Assembly: GCA_964016885.1 (NCBI GenBank)
Contig: CAXHJY010000970.1
Coordinates: forward strand, 16,610-80,609
From: Eledone cirrhosa
Lineage: Eukaryota
Length of the DNA: 64,000 bases
Direction: 5' to 3'
The position numbers and the translations under genes were made by a program. Numbering within the stretch: position 1 is the first letter of the stretch; each line of letters starts with the position of its first letter. Shown here one piece after another: positions 62,048-64,000 of the stretch. Below the pieces are notes generated by a model. That model saw only the letters and a list, made by a program, of their open reading frames with translations. It was not told where the DNA came from and made no database searches.

Positions 62048-64000
62048 AGAAATGCTAGAGCGAAAGGAAGTATCGTAGAAATGCTAGAGCGAAAGGAAGT
62101 TGATGTATGCTGTGTGCAAGAGACTAGATGGAGAGGAGGGTCTGCTAGAGTCCTTGTAGGAAAAAGCCAGTGCTACAAATTTTTCTGGGTGGGAAATGAC
62201 GATGGGATGGGTGGTGTAGGTATACTATTAGCTGACAAGTGGGTAGATAAAGTAATCTCAGTGTACAGGGTAAATGCAAGAATCATTAAACTCAGACTAG
62301 TCCTGAATAAGACAATTACCACAATAATATCAGCTTACGCACCCCAATCGGGGCTGCCAGACGAACTTAAGGATAGGTTTTACGAATCCCTAATACACAC
62401 TACTGCTCTAACAGACGACAAGGACTTCCTAATCATTGCAGGAGATTTTAACGGACACGTAGGTAAACACTGCGACGGCTTCAATAGAGTACATGGGGGG
62501 GGAGGGGGGGGGGGCCATGGAGTTGGCACAAGGAATGAGGAAGGATTCAGACTTCTAGAATTCTGCGACGCCAATGACATGTCGATATGTAACACAAACT
62601 TTAAAAAACCCGACAACCACCTGATCACCTATAGATCAGGGGAGCACTCTAGTCAGTTAGATTTTATTCTCATCAGAGGACGTGACAGATGGACGGTCGT
62701 AAACACAAAAGCCTTCCCTAGTGAGGAATGTACATCCCAACATAGCTTAGTTGTCAGCGACCTCACGGTCAGAACTAGACGAGCCCTGAAACAGAGGCCA
62801 ACCTGGAGAAGAAAGATCTGGAAGCTGAAAGTCCCCTCAACCAGTAACAGATTTAAAGATATTTTACTCAACGCCTACGACAGTAAAGAAGAACAGATAG
62901 AGACATTTAACGTAGAAGAGAACTGGGAGTTCCTAAAAAATAACTTACTAGAGGCGACGGATGAGGTTTGTGGCTGGAGTAAGACCTCAAGCAGGAGGAG
63001 AGTGACTTGGTGGTGGAACAATAAGGTAGATGAAGCAGTCAAGGCCAAGAGACAGGCATGGAAAGAATGGAAGAACGGGGGGAGCAGGGTACATTACATA
63101 GAGACCAAGAGGGAAGCTAGGCGACAAGTATACTTAGCTAGGAGGGAAGCAGAGGATAGAAAATTCAAGCATGTTTTACAACGTGAGGACCAGAAACAGG
63201 AGGTATTCAAGATTGCGAGGCAGTGTGTCAGAGATAGTTGTGATGTCATTGGAGAGAAGTGTATCCGGAATGATAAAGGTGAGCTTGCCCTCACAAGTGC
63301 TGAGAAGAAAGATGCATGGAAGAGTCATTATGATAGATTACTAAATGAGGAGAATGCATGGGAAGAAGAGACCCTACCCCACGTAGACCCTATAGAGGGA
63401 CCAGCAGTACAAGTCAGCGGCAGCGTAGTAAGTAAGGCAATCAGAGATATGAAGATAGGGAAGGCAACCGGTCCATCGGGTATAGCTGCCGAGATGCTGA
63501 AGGCATCTGGGTCTGTAGGTCACACTATAACCACACGTATCGTTAACCAGGTAATACTAGAGGGGGCCATACCAAAAGATTGGTGCAGTAGCATCATTGT
63601 CAACTGCTACAAAGGTAAAGGCGATGCACTAGATAGAGGAAACTATAGAGGTATAAAGTTGATGGACCAGGTCATGAAAGTAACAGAAAGAGTTATAGCA
63701 CAGCTGATTAGGGACCGGGTGAATATAGACGAGATGCGGGAAAGGCACCACTGATGCGCTCTTCCTTGTGAGGCAATTACAGGAAAAGTACCTAGCTAAA
63801 AGTAAGCCACTCTACTTGGCATTTGTCGACCTTGAGAAAGCCTTTGACAGAAGTTCCACGTGCAGTAATCTGGTGGGCTCTTAGAAAACTAGGAGTAGAT
63901 GAATGGCTTGTGAAAGCGGTACAAGCCATGTATAGGGGAGCAGTCAGCAAAGTTAGGATTGGCAATGAGTATAGCGAGGAATTTAGCGTACAGGTTGGGG
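62048..64000 (+). pseudogene. RTE LINE ORF2 (APE endonuclease + RT N-terminus), frameshifted, running off the window
   Basis: CCVQETRW, GGVG, ISAYAPQ, AGDFNGHVG, QLDFIL, QHSLV, TWWWN, KATGPSGI, NYRGIKL. A deletion and frameshift near 63736 is followed by GKGTTDALFLVRQLQEKY..FVDLEKAFD, and there is a second frameshift near 63851. Confidence 0.92.

Overview
This is AT-rich eukaryotic (animal) DNA. The SINE, RTE and Penelope content suggests a coleoid cephalopod such as octopus, which is an inference. The first ~23.8 kb is mostly (TA)n/(TATG)n microsatellite with retroelements embedded in it. These are a CR1-like LINE 3' fragment, a ~310-bp tandem repeat with a type I hammerhead ribozyme (HHR) in each full unit (retrozyme-like), a separate HHR at ~9.45 kb, a nearly full-length RTE/BovB LINE ending in three C2H2 zinc fingers, and a 3.81-kb head-to-tail array of a Penelope-like element. 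The Penelope array has one intact RT + GIY-YIG ORF (Naiad-like motifs) and an HHR at each unit junction. The rest of the window (24-61 kb) looks intronic or intergenic, with many SINEs, MITEs and LINE relics, two long inverted repeats, more HHR relics, and one clear host exon from a REEP1-4/DP1-Yop1 family gene (35429-35501). The window ends in RTE LINE fragments. The most interesting signal is the cluster of self-cleaving ribozyme elements, where a non-coding HHR repeat sits next to a potentially autonomous HHR-bearing Penelope element. Nearly all long ORFs in the supplied track are microsatellite artefacts, and parts of the first 23 kb may be mis-assembled.
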